Shown here in pieces: positions 60,501-64,000 of a stretch of DNA of 64,000 nt. Under the pieces are notes generated by a model, which ran no database searches, was not told where the DNA came from, and saw only the letters and a list, made by a program, of their open reading frames with translations. This DNA is from Convolutriloba macropyga (lineage: Eukaryota): positions 76,632,001 to 76,696,000 of the forward strand of contig NC_134468.1 in NCBI RefSeq assembly GCF_964194025.1, written 5' to 3'. The position numbers were made by a program, and so were the translations under genes. Positions within the stretch are counted from its first letter, which is position 1. Each line of letters opens with the position of its first letter.

Positions 60501-63500
60501 TTTTATTAACTCAGTAAATAAAAACTGTAGTTCGAGGATTCAATTCGTCATCTGCAAAAGATATCAAGCAACGTATTAACTGTAAAAAGTACAAAGCAAC
60601 AATTGATACTTGGACGTCAAGGTTTTTTTGATGCTCTTTTTCTGGTTTTTGGCTAATGTTATTGACGTCAAAATCGGTTCATATTCAGTCAACAATTGGC
60701 TAGAAGAAAACCTAGAAATATTAGGCCATAAACAAGCTTAATCAATACATATCGTGGTTATATTTACTTAAAATTAGGATAAATGAACTTTTTCGGAACG
60801 TTCCAAGTATATTTGAACGTTTTATACGCATTTAAATTCAAATTCAAATGCTCGATTCTGATTGGCTAAAATTCATTCTTTTCCTACGTAACATCTTCCG
60901 CCCCTGAAAAAGATGTTGGGAAAACTGGTTCAAGTTTTACGAGCGAGCGGACGAGTGAGCCGGTGACGCTCGTAAAACAGCGGAGCGCACGACGCTATCA
61001 GAGCCGTAACGGAGTTCCACAATCCGAGCGGTAGGATATTAACCCCTAGGGTTGGTTTCTTCAACTATCCAAACCAAGTCAGCGGTCTCAAGGTGTTACT
61101 CGGCAGGCGACTGCCACTTTGAGCGTCGGCTTAGAGTTGGTACGTGCCCTCTGATCCAACGGGACCAGATTGAACTAGCGTACGACTTCGCACGGGCGTA
61201 ACGTTTACGATGGTTGAACTAATTATTGCCGATAAGAGACGGGATACCGATAGATTATTCCAATATAATAAAATGGTTGGACGTTATAGCGTTCAAATCG
61301 CACGGATCAGCGCTTACGGGTGTTAAAGGACGAGAATTGAGGGCTTGCTCCACAAGACAAAAGATAGTATGCAGAACCTCATCCGTGAGGCGACGCGTGC
61401 CAAGAATAGTATCCAACACGCGCTTGAAACTGCGTACCGACCTCTCCCAGATACCACCCTGATGTGGTACGCTGGGTGGATTGAACTTCGATTTTGTACC
61501 TTTGTAGGCGAGTTCAGCAGCAATGTTGACAATGTTCCACTTTTCGACACTTTCTCCGGAGTTCTTTCTCCGCTCCAATACAGATAGTGTCATTGTCCGA
61601 CGAAATCATGGCAGGTCTAGCCCTACGGGACAAACCGCTCAACTCCCATAACACAAGAACTGTTGTCCATGGATTTAACTATCTCAAAATGGACAGCGCG
61701 AGTAGTAAGACAGGTGAAGAGGAGTCCCCAACTTTTCTCATTAGAACGGCGGACAGTAACATAAATTGTCCCAAGGTAGTGTTCGTGAAGGAAGAAGACT
61801 GGTGTGCAAGTCTCTCCTTAGGTAAGTCAGATATGATTGGTTGCATAGTTACAGCTTGGAATTCTCGGCATCTCAGGCAGTGTACTTTAATGGAACGCAA
61901 AGATGATCTTAGTTTCAGTATTGTATAGTGTTCCTGAACAATTGAGCTTAGGTACTCAGCGCCCTGATGATAATGCCTTCCGTGGGTGTGCTCAAGAAAC
62001 AGTTTGACAAACGTATGACTTGCATCTAAGATGATTGGGTACTTTACCTTAAACCCAACTTCCATTAACCGCTTGAGGCGGCCCGAGGAACGGATTAGCC
62101 CATTTGGACTAAGGAACGGAGAATGTGGAGCGATCCGGCTGCTTAGTTTAACAGATGAATTGTCAAGAAGATCTTTCCCTTCAGATTCAAAAGGTTCTCC
62201 TTGCGCCAAGTACTGCAGCTGATGCTCGGCTTTGTCAAGTTGAGTAGGGTCAGTAATGCTACTATTGACGTTTCGGTAGCCGGCATGTTTCGGCAAGAGT
62301 CGGAAAACGTATGCGGCAAAACGCAAGTACTTTTGATGAGAACTAAACTTATCAAACGGAATAAACAACGGAACGGGATTTGTCTGTTTTCTAACAGATG
62401 TAAGGAGGGATACAGAGTCTTCTATAGTGACTGCTTGGTTGACGCCGAGCTTGATGTTAATAAAGACGTCTTTGTTCGGTACGAAAGGGAAATTTGAATT
62501 AGATAAGAAATGTGGAACTTTGACCCAGCTGCTTAGTTTAAAATTTCAGCGGACATTCCGCGCCTGCCAGCGTCAGCTTGATTATCCTTAGTTGCGACGT
62601 GGTTCCATTGGTCAACGCTGGTAAACTCCCAAATTTCTTAAACACGGCTTGCAACAAAGTTTTGTTGCTTTTCATTAGAGTTAATCCAATTGAGAACGGT
62701 CGTATCGTCTGTCAACATGAATACTTGGTTAAAAGTTACAGTAAGTACCCGAACAACTTTGTGCTTCATTTGAGCGGCAAGTAGAGCTGCTTGCAATTCC
62801 AGTTTTGGGATAGTCATTACTTTCATTGCCGTCACGCGCGCTTTCCCCAATACCAACGCAAGCTCTGTTTTTACCTCGCCCGTGGAAGTTGTTACTCGGG
62901 CTCGAAGGAATGCGACGGCACTAAAAACATCCTGGGAACGGTCACCTAACATGACACCAGTAATTCTACATTATCAAAGGGTTCAGTAGAATAACTTCAA
63001 GGAATTTTGATGTTTTCCAGCTTTGGTAAGTCCGCACTCCAAACCAAAAATCTTTGAACCTTGTCATGCGGGAGCTCATCATTCCAATATTGTCCTGTGA
63101 CACGCCAGATGTCTTTTAAGAGTCATCGAACACCAACAGTAGAGCGACAAGACCAATAGGGTCAAAGACTTTTGAGACAAGACTTAGGACCAAGCGCTGC
63201 GTGTGTGACTTTGTGATAGCGAAGCTTGTACCCCTACTCACAACTAAAGTGTCATGAGTGTGATCCCACTTTAACCCTAGCACATGCGATGAATCCTCCT
63301 GACATGAAACAATGACCTTGGGCTCAGTAGATTGAAGAGAACCCTCAATTCGGTCAGCCAGATTTGGCACATTAGTAAGAAACTTTGTAAGCTTGACCCC
63401 ACAGAGATGGAGAAGTTGTGCCATCTCCTTCCATCTATTGGTGGCTTTCTCAGGAGTCTCCACTGAGTCAAGGTAGTTGTCCAAAAAGAAGTGTTCAAGT

Positions 63501-64000
63501 ACGGCTTTTTCAGCTTCGGGATAAAACTTGGCATTGTCTCTCGCAGTCGTTGTTATGCATAGTTGGTACAGGTGGGCAAGTCTTTAGCTCAGAAAATATG
63601 GCGCGTATATTTATACAATGCAACTTTAGTTTTTGAGTCCTCCCGCCACATAAACCGAAGTAATGGTTGGTCTGAGGGTAATACGCCAACTTGCAGAAAC
63701 ATTCCCTCGATGTAGTCAGATACAGCATATGGTTGCTGTCGGAAGCGGAGAAGTACATAAATAAGGTTTTCGACTAGATCAGGGCCAGTGAGCAAGGACT
63801 TATTTAACGAGGCACCGTGAAATTTTGCTGCTCCATTCAGCACCCTACGAAACTTACTCGGTTTGATCGGGTTTAAACCCGGACCGTGGGATAGGTACCA
63901 CTCTTTGTCGGACCGGTTCTCAACCATGTGAGCTTGGTGTTGTCTGCTGCCCACAGCAATCCCACATCGTATCTCAGGCCATTGTGTATGGTTGTTTTCT
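60500..64000 (-). mobile_element. Decayed BEL/Pao LTR retrotransposon, 3' part (runs off the right edge)
   Basis: Pao-type RT (SLNKSLLTGPDL..LLRFR, MDNYLDS), GKARV..TIPKLELQAA, integrase PHQGGIWER.VR. PPT AGGGGCGGAAGA is followed by LTR start TGTTA at 60893; the distal LTR end is uncertain. Many stops and frameshifts. Confidence 0.92.

Noticed and set aside
1-64000. tRNA, rRNA or snRNA genes
   Set aside because: No cloverleaf or recognisable conserved RNA sequence found by eye; a covariance-model scan would be needed to exclude them.

Overview
AT-rich, repeat-dominated invertebrate (metazoan) nuclear DNA with GT-AG introns and the standard genetic code. Two host genes can be fully reconstructed on the + strand: a five-exon FHL2/Limpet-type four-and-a-half-LIM gene (12906-17836, 345 aa) and a four-exon DRAM/TMEM150-family gene (36212-42533, 251 aa). 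A three-exon C-type lectin pseudogene lies at 54322-56465. Mobile DNA: a 5'-truncated CR1/L2-like LINE with an open RT frame, a full-length Copia element (610-bp LTRs, AGAAA TSD), a full-length Gypsy (Mag-like) element, the 3' part of a decayed BEL/Pao element, a decayed minus-strand LINE, several non-autonomous TIR elements and a probable decayed Penelope-type hammerhead. Most notable observations: (i) the 873-bp tandem repeat at the start appears to be the fossil RT core of a dead LINE turned into satellite DNA; (ii) two duplication-inversion-duplication template-switch scars, one creating a near-perfect 246-bp foldback; (iii) a Gypsy element whose Gag start codon is formed by the last LTR base plus the primer-binding site, with a ~280-aa insertion before integrase. 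All translations, alignments and mismatch counts were done by eye; no database search was run.
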